From: an uncultured virus (IMG/VR IMGVR_UViG_3300020047_008750)
Taxonomy: Duplodnaviria > Heunggongvirae > Uroviricota > Caudoviricetes
Length of the DNA: 64,000 nucleotides
Virus record (IMG/VR): IMGVR_UViG_3300020047_008750
Reading direction: 5' to 3' (one strand)
A model generated the notes under the pieces. The model ran no database searches. It was not told the origin of the DNA and saw nothing but the letters and a program-made list of their open reading frames with translations. Position 1 is the stretch's first letter, and each line of letters starts with the position of its first letter. Below are positions 36,896-48,788 of this stretch, one piece after another. The position numbers and the translations under genes are program-made.

Positions 36896-38131
36896 ATGGC
36901 TTCAACACGCCTTTCATATCTCGCAATCAAGCGAGAAACAACCGTCGCAACCGCAGTCAAGCCGACACACTTCCTTCGATACAAGGACGGCGACTTGATG
37001 TTCAAGCAAGAGATCATCGCGAATGATCCGATTCAAAATAATCGTTGGAAAGCATTGAACGCAGTCAAGGGCAAGGCTACAGCAGAAGGGACATTCAATG
37101 TCGATCTTGACGCGAATGAATGTGTTCACTTCCTTGCTCCTGCTCTCGGTGGTCTTGCGACAACTGATGTTTCGTCAAATACTGCAGCATATCGTCACGA
37201 TATCACTGTCGCGAACACTCTTCCTTCATTCTCTCTCGAACAAGGAAAAGGAAACCTGACAGACAGTTCAGAAAACAATCAAAAATTCGTCGTCGAACGA
37301 TGATTCGGTGTTCTCGTGAATTCATTCACGATTTCCGGTTCTGATGGAATCCTGAACCTTGCAGTCAATCTGAAAGCTCACGGACTCTTGATGAAGCGTT
37401 CATTGATTGCAGATGTCACTTCAGGTTCGACAAAAACACTGTATCTTGAATCTGCAGAAGGATTCGTTGCGACTGATAATGTCACAACCTATGACGCGAC
37501 GCCGCAGTCAGAAATGGACGCACTTTCTGCGATCTCTCTCACAGCGAAAACTGTGACGATTGCAGCACTCGCGAATTCATATACTGTCGCGAACAAAGCG
37601 AAAGTCGAATTGCAACCGCAGTCACCTTCCTATTCGACACCTGCGAAAGTGTTTTCATTCACACACGCACGATTTCAATTCGGTGCAGATCTTTCAGCTG
37701 CAGCTTCTGCGTCTCTCGAGAATATCGAAGATTGGGAATTGAATCATGAAAACAATCTTGAAGAGCGTTTCGGCTCTCTTCGTGAAACTCCTTCCGTCAT
37801 AGCTCCGAAGGGTGCGAAATGTACTTTCAAATACACAAAGTATTTCGAGACTTCAGCAGAGCGTGACAGATATTTGAATCAAGAAAAGAAGGCTGCGATC
37901 CTCACGATCACGAACAATGAAGTGATTTCTTCAGGTGACACGAACCTGTCAAAATACACAATCGTCGTTCAGATGTCTGATGTTCGTTTCACAAGCTATG
38001 AAATGCCGACAGGAACTGATGAGCTCTACGCCGCAAGCGTCGAAGCTGAATGCTACTATGACACTTCTGACGGTCAGGCGATTCAGATCAAGGTCACGAA
38101 TTCGAAAGCAGGTACAGAGTACACAGCATAA
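36896..38131 (+). CDS. Major tail tube protein (411 aa)
   Basis: YLAIKRETT, LPSFSLEQG, VNSFTISG, ENNLE motifs; precedes chaperone and tape measure; no sheath gene. Confidence 0.75.
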
Positions 38132-38194
38132 TCGCTGAAAAGTTTTCCGGCTTTCTTCAAAAAAGCCGATTCCTATTTTTTCATTTTTTACACT

Positions 38195-38617
38195 ATGTCA
38201 GAAAAAAACACTGCAAGCGAAGCACCGAAAAAGATTGAATTCAATCTTGACACGCGTCCGACGAAGACGATCACACTTCCTTCATTCCCTTGAAGCTCTG
38301 TCACCGTTTACACTTCATTGACTGTGAACGAACAGCGTGCAATCGAATCAGAATACAAGACAGAAAACAACACTGTCGATCCGTTGCGTATTCAGGAACT
38401 GGGACTTGATCTTGTCGCGAAATCAATCAAGTCATGGAATTTCACGAAGGACGGTCAAGATCTTCCGGTCAGTGCTGAAATTCTCTGACAAATGCCGACA
38501 GTCGATTTTCTCGTCATGAATGAAGCGGTCACAGGTCGCAAGCTTACACACAAAAATGACGCAGGTGAAACGATGATCGGTTCAGACGATGAAGAACAGC
38601 ATAAAAAAAAATCATAG
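38195..38617 (+). CDS. Tail assembly chaperone (G form); -1 frameshift extension to 38856
   Basis: A9 run at 38603-38611; -1 frame IIAKNRIFD...LAKEFGWS. Confidence 0.8.
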
Positions 38618-38865
38618 CCAAAAACAGGATTTTTGACCTTTTGATTCAATGAAAACCTTACACTGCAAAAACCTTCGTCGACAAGCAAATTTTGAATCGG
38701 TTCTTCGATCTGAAACTTGCAAAAGAATTCGGATGGTCGGAAGCACAAATTCAAATGACTTCACAAGATTTCTATGACGACGCGGTGCTGCTTATGCAGA
38801 AGGAAGCCTTCTTCAGAAACAAGAAACCTGAAGCAGACAAGAATAAAAATTCTTAATTTTTCAAA

Positions 38866-41283
38866 ATGGTCAATAAAGTCGAATTCATCATTTCAGCAGA
38901 CGATCAAGCTTCAGGCGTGATCGAGAAACTGCAATCAGGGATCAAGGGAATCGGCGAAAACGGCAAGTATTCGAAGACGGAACTTGCAGCTGCAGGAACC
39001 GCGATCATCGGAACCTTGACCGCAATCGGCGTTTCAGCCGTGAACACTTTCGCAGACTTCGAAAAGCAGATGTCTTCAGCGAAGGCGGTTCTGTGATTGT
39101 TCGGCGATGATGAAAAAACGAAACAGACTTTTCAAGAACTGACGACGCTCGCAATGGATCTGTGAGCGACGACAAAGTTCACTTCAGAAGAAGCGGCTGA
39201 AGGAATCACAATCTTGTGACAAGCCGGATTCGACGCTGCACAAATCATGCAAGCGTTGCCTGCGGCTCTCGATCTCGCAGCTGCACAAAATATTTCTGTC
39301 GCACAATCAGCCGACATTGCTTCAAGCGTCCTTCGTCAATATTGAAAGGATGTTTCTGAAACAGGTTCCGTCATGGATGTTCTGTCTTCAGCCTCTATCA
39401 AATCGAATGCGACGATTCTTGATCTTTCGGAATCCTTCAATTATTTTTGACCGACTGCGAAAGTTCTCGGAATCTCTCTTGAAGAATCAGCGGCTGCAAT
39501 CGGTATTCTCGCGAATAACGGTCTGAAGGGATCAATGGCGACGCGTGCACTCGGAACAGCATTGACGCGTCTCGCGGATCCTACGGAAAAAATGGCGTGA
39601 GGTCTGAAGGCTGCAGGCGTTCAAGCGTTCGACGCGACAGGAAAATTCGTCGGATTGAATGGAATGCTTGCACAACTCCGAAAAGGAACAGCGGACATGT
39701 CGCAAGAGCAGAAAGCAGCGACGATTTCAGCTATTTTCGGGGCTGACGCATACGCGGAAATCAATATTCTTCTTGATTCCGGTGCTGACGCTCTCGCGAA
39801 CTTCACTGCAGAGCTCGAAAAATCCGAAGGAACAACGCAATCAATGGCGAAGGTCTTGATGGATAATGTGAAAGGATCCCTTGAACTTTTCAGCGGATCA
39901 ATCGACGCATTGAAAATCAAGCTCGGTGCGGCTCTCGCACCTGCTGTCGTTATTGTCACAGACGCATTGACGACGCTCGCGAACTGGATCGGCGTCGCGT
40001 TCGACTGGTTCAATAAACTTCCTGCACCTGTCAAGAATATCACGATGATTCTTCTCGGTGTCGCTGTCGCCGGCGTTGCAATCGTTTCAGCGATTGCCGT
40101 TCTCTCTGTGGCACTGTCAGGCGTCGGTGCGGCTTTCGTTGCGATCTGATCTGCTGCACTTCCCTTCATAGGAATTGCGGCGGCGATTGGCGTTGCGGTG
40201 TATGCACTATATGAAGCCTATCAACACAACTTTCTCTGAATAAAAACTGTTGTCGACATCGTGTGGTGAGCGATCAAAACAGCGTTTGCTGCGATCATCG
40301 CTGCAGGTGTCTATTTGTACGAAAACTGGGATCTGATCAAGCAGAAAGCCGTTGAAATATGGTGATCAATGATTCAATGGCTTGTTGACGCTTGGACGTG
40401 AGCTGTCACAAAAGTATCTGAAATATGGTGAGCGGTGACAGGATTTTTCGAAGGTGTGTGGAATTGAATTGTCGCGATCTTCAAGTTCGCTATTGCACTG
40501 GTCGTCGGAATTGTCATCGCAACTTTCAATGCGATGTGAATCGACATCGTTGCAGTATTCAACACCGTCAAGGAATATATAAATATTTTTTGGGAAGGTC
40601 TGAAACTGGCTTTCAACCTTGCCTTGATCGGGATAAAAATAATTTGGGAACAGACATGGTGAGCCGTCAAAAAAGTCGCAATTGAAATTTGGGATTCTAT
40701 TTCTTCAAAAATTTCTTCAGTGTGGAATGTGATCAAAGAAATGGTTTCGACTTGAATGGAATTTATCGCGAACGTATTTCACACGCTTGCAGATCCGATC
40801 ATGCAAGCTTGGTCTTCTTTATGGGAAGGGCTTTCGACTGCTGTTGTTTCAGTATGGGAAACGGTAAAAACAACGATCCGTGAATCTATGAACTGGATCA
40901 TCGACAAGATCAATGCGGTGATCGAAATGGCGAATCGTGTTGCAGCGATGTGATCAAAAGCAGTCGGGATCAATATCATCACTATTCCGACGCTTCCGCG
41001 ATTCGCTCACGGCTGAATGGTCTGAATGCTCGACGGTGGTGTCGTGACAGGTGCAGGCGGTCTTGACAAGGTTCCTGCAATGCTTTCAGCAGGCGAAGTC
41101 GTTCTGAACGCTGCACAGCAGCAGAATGTCGCACGCGGTCTTGAAGGGAACGGCTGAATGACAGTCGAAATTCATGTCGCTTGAAATAATTTCTATTGAG
41201 ATGACGCGAACTTTGCACAAAAAATCGGCAAGTCGATCATGGAAGAATTCAAGCTTCACACCTCTGTTCAATCTTTTTCATAA
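38866..41283 (+). CDS. Tape measure protein (805 aa), TP901/PhageMin_Tail-type core
   Basis: ADFEKQMS, TTKFTSEEAAEG..L[TGA]QAGF..LPAALDLAAA, LANNGLKGS.A.RAL. Confidence 0.9.
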
Positions 41284-41292
41284 CGAAATAAA

Positions 41293-43938
41293 ATGCTTCT
41301 CTTCGCAAATAACATTGATATCACTTCCTTCGTGACGAAGAACAGCATTCGCGTCACAGAGCAGATGAACAATCGTTCGAATACGCTTGTTTTCGGTGTC
41401 GATAATTACAATGTTTCTGAAGGCTCGAAGGTGGAATTGTTCGAAAACTTTGTGCTTCGTTCGCAGGCTTCTTCAGGTCAGGCGGTTCTTGCCGTCAGTG
41501 ACACTTTCGAATTCGAAAACAAGTTCGCCGCCGGCGATGAAATCATCCTTGATATAAAGCAGGCTTGACAGAAATTCGCGACAATCCTTTCAGTGAATCA
41601 TTCAGCGAAGACAATCACGCTGACTTCGAATTTGACTGCGACACTCGCGTTCGGTGTGTCTTGTGGACGGCTTGTCTTTTCCGGTGTCACGATGAGAAAT
41701 CCGAATAAAGAAATCGGAATGACAGGGACTTTCAGCTATTCATTGACCGCGACAGACTGGACGAAGATTTTTGACAATAAAGCGATTGCAGATGTTTTTG
41801 AAAATCAGTATTCACGCGAGATGATCGGTCGCATTGTCTATTCATTCACCGCTCGAGACACTTCGACTGATCTCGATCTTTTCGAAGCAATCTGGACGCC
41901 TTCGGGCACTGCTCTTGCGATGGTGCTTGATACTACTGACAGACTTCAGGGCACGAATTCAGTGAAGACGGGGACTTCATGATCAGGCGTCGCACTGTGG
42001 ACGAAAACAATTTCTTCAGTCGATATTTCTGCAATGGATCACTTCCGGTTCTGGTTCAAGATTGATACTTGATTCGGTGGGTATGTGACCGCAGTGAAGT
42101 TCCGAATCGGCTCTGACTCTTCGAACTATTATGAAGGCACTTCTGCATTCGTGGGACATGATGAAGAAGGGTGCTGGAATTTCGAGAGTTTCAAAATTGA
42201 TCGTGCGACAACTGTGTGAGCTCCGAATGAAGCGGCGATTGACTGGCTTCAGATTGAAGTCGTGACAACTGATGCAATCACGACAGGGAAAATTCACTTC
42301 GATCACGCCTTCGTTTCTTCCGGTGGCTTCACCTGCAAGAACTGCATTCGTGGCGACAGGAAGTTCGTCGATGTTCGTGTTCAATACAAGAAGCCGACGG
42401 TCTTCATGGAATCGCTCGCGAAGATTCAAAATTTCTTCTGGTATATCGACTATGAAAGGGATGTTCATTTTTTCAAAATGGACGCAACGCCTGCACCGTT
42501 TTCACTGACGGACTCTTCACAGAATTTCGCTGATCTCTCGATCACGACAGACATTGCAGAAATCAAAAATCGTCAGACGGTTCGCGGATGAATCGCAGTC
42601 GATCAGACAACCTATACACAAGATGAAGTGACTGACGGAAAACTTGAATCGTGGCGTCTCGACTACTCGCCGAAAGATCTTCAAATCTGGGTAGACACGA
42701 CAGGGACTTGATCTTCATTCGTTCAGAAGACAGTCGGAATTGAAAACCTTGATGATCCTGCTTCATTCGAATATCTCTTCAATTTCAGCGAAAAGATTGT
42801 TCGCCGTTCGACTGACACGATACCGCCTGACGGTGCGATATTTCGTCGCATTTACTATCCATACAAGCCGATCCGTGTTCGCGTGCAAAATCAAGCCTCT
42901 ATTGACGCAATGAAGCTGCTTCTGTGAGGCGATGGAATCTTCGACGGTGCAGTGATCAATGACAGTTCAATTCGCGACTGGAATGAAGCACGAATGCGAT
43001 GAAGGGCTGAAGTCAATGCATATTGCAATCCTGTGATCAGTGCAAGCTTTTCGACACAGCAGGACGGATTGAAAGCCGGTCAAATCATTCATATCACTGA
43101 CACTTCTCGCGGAATAAATAATGATTTTCTGATTCAGAAACTCACAAAATCTTCTCGCAACGATGACCGGTGGACATATCACATTGACGCCGGTTCGACG
43201 ATGTTCGGACTGATTGAATTCTTTCAGCTTCTTCTTGCGAAGACTGAAAAATTCGAAGTCGATATTTCTGAAATCGTTGACATTGTTCTGAACGATGATG
43301 AAACAATCACAATCACACCGGCTGTTCAGTATACACACACAGTCGCACCATTCAGAGCGACTGCGAACTTGACGAAGTGGTTCGATTTCGTCTATGAAGT
43401 CGGTTCCTATACAACGAATGTCACAATGATGTCAGACGGTAAGAATTCAGGATTCAATTTCACTGAAGAAGGAACGGAAGTCGGAACGATTGAATTCGAC
43501 ACGCTCGCGAACTATGAATGATGAAAAGCAATGAAGATGACAACGACAGTCGGCTGATCAGGTCAAAAGCTTCTTGCGACGAATTCGATTCGAATTCCTG
43601 CGAAAGCTTCTGCTTCTTATGCCTTCTCTGCTTGGGTAGAAATATTGACCGCACTGACTGGATCGGGTGGCTTCTCTGCAAGCGTGAAGGAATATGCAGC
43701 CGCTTCAGGATGAAGTGTTCTTGCAACTACAGTGCTTCTGAATGGCGTGAAAAGTGTTCGGGACTATAATCGAACACGAACGACATTCACAACGAATGCT
43801 TCGACGAATTTCATTGAAATCGAACTGAAAATCGACAACGCTGTCGGAACAGTCTCGATCGGCGAAATGGTCGTCGAAGATCTCACAGCAGAAACCGCGA
43901 CAACGCCTTGAAAAGCAAGCTTCGCAACTGCAATATAA
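41293..43938 (+). CDS. Large tail tip / baseplate hub-like protein (881 aa)
   Basis: Homolog of 3080-5725. Confidence 0.65.
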
Positions 43939-43956
43939 TTCTTAATTTTTGAAACG

Positions 43957-44553
43957 ATGAAAGCTGACAAAACAATCAAAACCGCGACAAACTATCGAAT
44001 CACAAAAGCTTCTGATGTGGTGCTTGCGAAGATATTCGCGGAAAAAATGTGAGAACCGAATTTCAATAAATTCTTGAACTGGCGATGAAAGCTGATCAAA
44101 TATGCACAAGAAAAAATCCCTGAATTGCTTCGCAACTATCAGTGACCGCTTTTGAATCAGCTGACCGTTTGGGAAGGTCACAATATAGTTCCTTCAGTGC
44201 TCCGAACTTCCCTTGCTTCACTGATTTCAGGAAACACTGTGACACCGACATTCAAGGCGAACTATATCGCAATTTGAAGCGGTTCGACAACGCCTGCAAA
44301 CTCCGACACACAGCTTGCGACAGAGATCCTTCGCTGAACTTTCACAAATCGTTTTTCTGTGGATAATGTCGCATATCTCGACAAGTTCTTCAGCTCTTCT
44401 GAAGTGTGAGGTCTGACAGTTTCTGAACTTGGCGTGTTCGTGGACGGAACCGCGTCGGCAAATACTGGATATCTGCTTTCACGAATCCTTGCGAATGAAA
44501 TCATGGCGGCGACAGAGACGCTGACAATCAATGTGACAATTACGATTGCGTAG
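43957..44553 (+). CDS. Tail collar/fibre-type structural protein
   Basis: Homolog of 5744-6346. Confidence 0.55.
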
Positions 44554-44588
44554 CTGTCTTTTTTCTCTTTTTTTCTTATATTTATTTT

Positions 44589-45164
44589 ATGCCACGAACA
44601 AACTCTTCGAACTGGTCTGTGAATGATCAATTGTCTGCAACACGAATGCAGGACTTGAACGAGGATATTGACGATCTATATTCAAATTGATCGGATCGTC
44701 TTCGTGCTTGGGTGACGACTGGTCTGAATATTCAGATCGGTGCTTGAAACTACAGGATCGGAAGCACTGAATGATTGTATGCCGGCGGCACTGTCGCAAT
44801 GACGAACAATGCGACGAATTATGTCATGATTGATTCTTCAGGTGTGATTCAAGTTTCGACTTCTTCGTGGAATACGAACTATGCAAAAATTGCAATCGTC
44901 GTCGCGTCCGGTGGTGTGATCACTTCCGTGACAAACCGCAGGATTGACGCAATCGGTGGCGTGATAGGATGAACAAGCTTCAAGAATATCACTTCGACGA
45001 CATACAATTCGAAAGGTCTTCTGACAAACTTCACAGCCGATTGAACTGCATACACTCTGACATATAATTTCAGATGACAAGTCGAGACGATGACAAACGG
45101 TGCGAACACTTGGACGATGACCTATAATGCAAGGTGAGATCTCACCGGAACAGCTGAAACATAA
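44589..45164 (+). CDS. Tail structural protein with YD-like repeats
   Basis: Homolog of 6916-7488. Confidence 0.55.
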
Positions 45165-45191
45165 TCCTTCTTATTTTTTCATTTTTCTTTT

Positions 45192-46373
45192 ATGCTCACA
45201 CTGAACACAAGTCAGCCGAAGCGTCTCTACACGAACGCAATCACACTGAAATCAATCGGTCAATATATTCCTGCGAGTAGTCAGACGACAGTCACTTGCA
45301 GCTGGATTGATCTTTCAAATAAATATTTATATCTGATTGAATCGCTCGCAGCTGCACCGTGGCTTCGAATGCGTCGTTTCACTTATGACACCGCGTGAAA
45401 CATAGGAACAGAAACAGAAATCACGCTTTCAGGATTCGGAACATTCTCTTCGTCGCCGAACCTGTATTCTTTTCAAGGCTCCGCTTCAGGAAACTTTTAT
45501 TTGTCTTGTGGTGGTGCAGGATGATCAGCGAATTTTGTTGTGAATGATGTGTGCACTGTTTCGATTTCAGGAACGACAGCGACAAAAGGTGCCAACCTTT
45601 CAGTTCCTGTCGTCGGTTCATATACATTGAACCGCGTCTTCGCGAAGGGGGCTGTCGTGTATGCGTTTTATTCTCTCACGGCGTCACCATATACCGCTGA
45701 TACTGGAAGAAAATATTCTTGATCGTGGTCTTCTCTTGCAGGTGCGGCACTTCCGACTTCCGTCTTGTCGAATGTTCGCGACAATGGTCAGCTTGCACAA
45801 GCAGCGAATGCAAGCAAGCTGAATCACATTCCTGTCTGATCTGGTGCTGATAAATTCTATAATCATTTCAATCAAGCAGGATTTTTCACTTCCCTGATAT
45901 TCAATGCGTCGACGGACACATGGTCTGCTTCACCTTATGCTTTTACAGAAGCATATTGAGAAATGAATTGACAGTGTATCATTTACGAATGATCATCACC
46001 GTGACGCGGAAGAATCCTGAATTCTTCAGGTGTTTCAATTTGAAATCTTTCGTGAGCTCTTGGAAATTTGAGCAGTGTGCAGATGATCCCAATCGATCTG
46101 ACGAATTGAATCTGGTGCTATTCGTGGAGTACAGGATGAATATATTTTCATAAATTTTATTCAGGTGCTGCAAAGCGTGCTTGAAAATGGATCAGTGCTG
46201 TCGGTGGATGAATCTTGTCGCAAATAGATTGAAGCGGTGAATGGTCACATTTTTTCACGCCGAATGCTCTGACGACACCGATTGACATGGATTATTATTG
46301 AGAAACTTCACTGACTTTGTTTCTCACAATGTGAACAATTTCAGCGACGAATTATCTCGAGATCACCGACTAA
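45192..46373 (+). CDS. Putative receptor-binding protein (393 aa)
   Basis: Open with TGA=Gly; N-half similar to 7512-8645. Confidence 0.5.
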
Positions 46374-46399
46374 TTTCTATTTTTTCACCTTTCTTTTTT

Positions 46400-46660
46400 A
46401 TGGTCAAATTGTTTATCAAAACAGACGACACCGGACTGATCACCGAATGCTCTCTTGCAAAATATTCTTCGAAGGAAGAAGAGCCTGCAGATTCAATCGA
46501 AGTCACTGAAGAACAGCTTCAGAAGATCCGTGACAAGTATGAAACGACAGTCAAGGACGGCAAGATCACGAAACAAGTCGCAGGGGCTGAATATGAAGCA
46601 ATTCAAGCGAAGGAAGCTGAACAGGCTTCGGAAGATCCGACACCGACACCTGAATCATAG
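46400..46660 (+). CDS. Small acidic protein, possible tail fibre chaperone
   Basis: Homolog of 8671-8919. Confidence 0.45.
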   Translation: MVKLFIKTDDTGLITECSLAKYSSKEEEPADSIEVTEEQLQKIRDKYETTVKDGKITKQVAGAEYEAIQAKEAEQASEDPTPTPES

Positions 46661-46683
46661 TTTTATTTTTTTATTCTTTTTTT

Positions 46684-47358
46684 ATGGACTTTAAGTCTAC
46701 ACTGCAGACGAAGAACAAGAGCGCAGGCACAAACACCTGTCAGTTCATCATTCTTCACCATACAGGCACAGCTGACGGAACAATCAAGGGTGTTTTGAAC
46801 ACTCTGACAATCAGCAAAGGTGAAAAGGCTGTTTCTTGTCACTATGTCGTCGATACAAACGGCGATGTTCACAAGATCGGCAATGATACCGACATTCTCT
46901 GGCACGCCGGACTTTCAGCGTGGTGAAATCTCACAGGGATGAATTCATATTCAATCGGAATTGAAATCATCGGCGGTGCGACAGCTGAAGGGGGCTTCAC
47001 AGATGTTCAGCGTGAAGCAGTCGGAAAACTTGTCGTCGAGCTCTCGAAGAAGTACGGAATCGGAAAAGGAAACATTCTGCGTCACAAGGACATTTCACCT
47101 TGACGCAAAACGGATGTTTCAGATCCGTTCTGGTCTGATAAGTTCAAGACATTCGATGAATACAAGAATGCACTTTTTGCAGCTCCGACGGTCAATGTTT
47201 CTCGATACACTGGAATCATGAATTCAGTTCTTGCAGAAACTGGATTCAAGCCGTTGCTTGAAAAGCACGAAGGAAACACACCACTGACGGAACAGGAAAC
47301 GAAGGAATTGATCGAAGTCGTGTTCGCACGCTTCGCAGAAAGGAACGGTCTGAAATAA
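46684..47358 (+). CDS. Endolysin, N-acetylmuramoyl-L-alanine amidase
   Basis: Highly similar to 8950-9624 with the same motifs. Confidence 0.9.
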
Positions 47359-47375
47359 TTCATAATCATTTTTCT

Positions 47376-47585
47376 ATGTTCGATTTTTCAAATCGCGAGA
47401 CGGTCAAGAATATCCTTCTTGTCGTTGTCATTCTCGCAGCAATCGCTTTCGTCGCAATGAACAAAGTTTCAGGCGACAGTTTCTTCAAGATAGTTGATCG
47501 CGTAACTGCACAATATTTCGGCGCGACTGATCAGAAGACAGAAACAAAAATTCAAGAAAGTCAGATTCTTGAATTGTCGCAATAA
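47376..47585 (+). CDS. Putative holin
   Basis: Homolog of 9642-9842. Confidence 0.55.
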   Translation: MFDFSNRETVKNILLVVVILAAIAFVAMNKVSGDSFFKIVDRVTAQYFGATDQKTETKIQESQILELSQ

Positions 47586-47612
47586 AAAACCGCCTTGTCG
47601 TGGCGGTTTTCT
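47584..47612. terminator. Bidirectional intrinsic terminator
   Basis: Same hairpin as 9841-9870. Confidence 0.8.
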
Positions 47613-47649
47613 ATATGGTGGCAATAGGGTTGCAAATCGGCTGCACCTC

Positions 47650-48420
47650 TTACCGCAGAGGTTGCGTGTCAGAATTGATTTTTCGGATTGTGAACCGGCG
47701 AGAGGGAAGGGAAGGGGCTTCGTCCTCTTCCCTTTTTTGTGGCAAGAGATCCGCGAGACGGTCAAGCATTGAAGGGCGTGAAGGCTCTGAAGTCGAACTG
47801 CGTTCACTGGTCATTCTCGAGAGTCTGCGAAGATCTTCTGCGTTCGACTTTCCTTCAAGAATCATTGCGATATCAGAACGCGTGAATTCAGGATTCAGAA
47901 CGCGTGAATTGTTTTCACCACGAACAAGAATTCCGATGTCGTCGAACTTTTTCGCGAGATCTGTGAAGCGATTGCGAGGAATGCCGAATTTCCCTTCAAT
48001 GTCGTCACGCTTGAAGCTCTCGAACTCGAACAGGTGATCAAGCAATTCATCGACAGGGATTCCTTCAATGGTCTTCCCTTTCGTCGCTGTCATTTCCGGC
48101 ACTGCGTCTTTCATCGCTCCGAATATTTTTTCCATATTGAAACAGAACAGGATCGATATTGTCATTTTGATTGCAAGCCAATTCCCGAACTGCAGAAATT
48201 TCATAATGATTTCGACTGCTGCGTCAGTGTATGTCAGGACGGATGTCAGGACTGCTGCAAGAAGAAGCAAGCCGACGAATGTCGAGAGCTGACCGAATGA
48301 AGATTTTTCAATCAGGTCAAGCAACTTGTTCACGATGATTCCTGAAATGGTGCGTCTTGCGATTTTTTGAGGCGTGGCGACGCTTTTGAATGTTTCAGTG
48401 ATAGGAAGGAAGGTTTTCAT
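47650..48420 (-). CDS. Two-TM membrane protein with a winged-helix-like domain (256 aa)
   Basis: Open ORF; LLDHLFEFESFKRDDIE.KF.IPRNRFTDLAKK...GIL.RGENNSR.LNP shared with 10451-11224. Confidence 0.75.
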   Translation of the reverse strand: MKTFLPITETFKSVATPQKIARRTISGIIVNKLLDLIEKSSFGQLSTFVGLLLLAAVLTSVLTYTDAAVEIIMKFLQFGNWLAIKMTISILFCFNMEKIFGAMKDAVPEMTATKGKTIEGIPVDELLDHLFEFESFKRDDIEGKFGIPRNRFTDLAKKFDDIGILVRGENNSRVLNPEFTRSDIAMILEGKSNAEDLRRLSRMTSERSSTSEPSRPSMLDRLADLLPQKREEDEAPSLPSRRFTIRKINSDTQPLR

Positions 48421-48432
48421 ATAAAAAATTGA

Positions 48433-48735
48433 TTATGAGTTAAAATTGACCGTTTTTCGATTGATCATTCGTCGCATAGCATTGAAAAGTCTGAATTCGA
48501 CTTTCGTCGCAACTTTGCTTTTCACGATTTCGTTCAGCTGCGAAACTGAAATTTCTCGAAGAACTCTGACCGGAATTGATTCGAATTCCGTTTCGTCGGA
48601 TTCGATTTCGACTCTGATCGTGTGACTGATTTTTTTCGCTGCAGGTGCTCCGACGATTTCTGCAAGATTTATTGTCGATTCGAAGCGATTCGGATTCTTT
48701 ATGAAGTCGAATGATAGGTTTTCAGGTGTTTCCAT
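48433..48735 (-). CDS. Conserved hypothetical protein
   Basis: Homolog of 11236-11553. Confidence 0.65.
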   Translation of the reverse strand: METPENLSFDFIKNPNRFESTINLAEIVGAPAAKKISHTIRVEIESDETEFESIPVRVLREISVSQLNEIVKSKVATKVEFRLFNAMRRMINRKTVNFNS

Positions 48736-48788
48736 AGGATGAAATGTTAAAAATAGAGGATTTCTGATTCTTTCTGTGTTATTTCTGA

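Larger units (their letters stand above)
11608..48788. mobile_element. Segment B: apparently complete ~37.2 kb phage genome bounded by direct repeats
   Basis: Near-identical HNH gene starts at 11871 and 49057 (offset 37,186 bp); full gene set early->replication->packaging->head->tail->lysis lies between. Confidence 0.8.

Noticed and set aside
47704..47716. KOPS-like GGGAAGGG motifs (also 10505-10512) inside the winged-helix gene
   Set aside because: Explained by Pro-Leu-Pro-Ser codons on the coding strand; no evidence of polar enrichment
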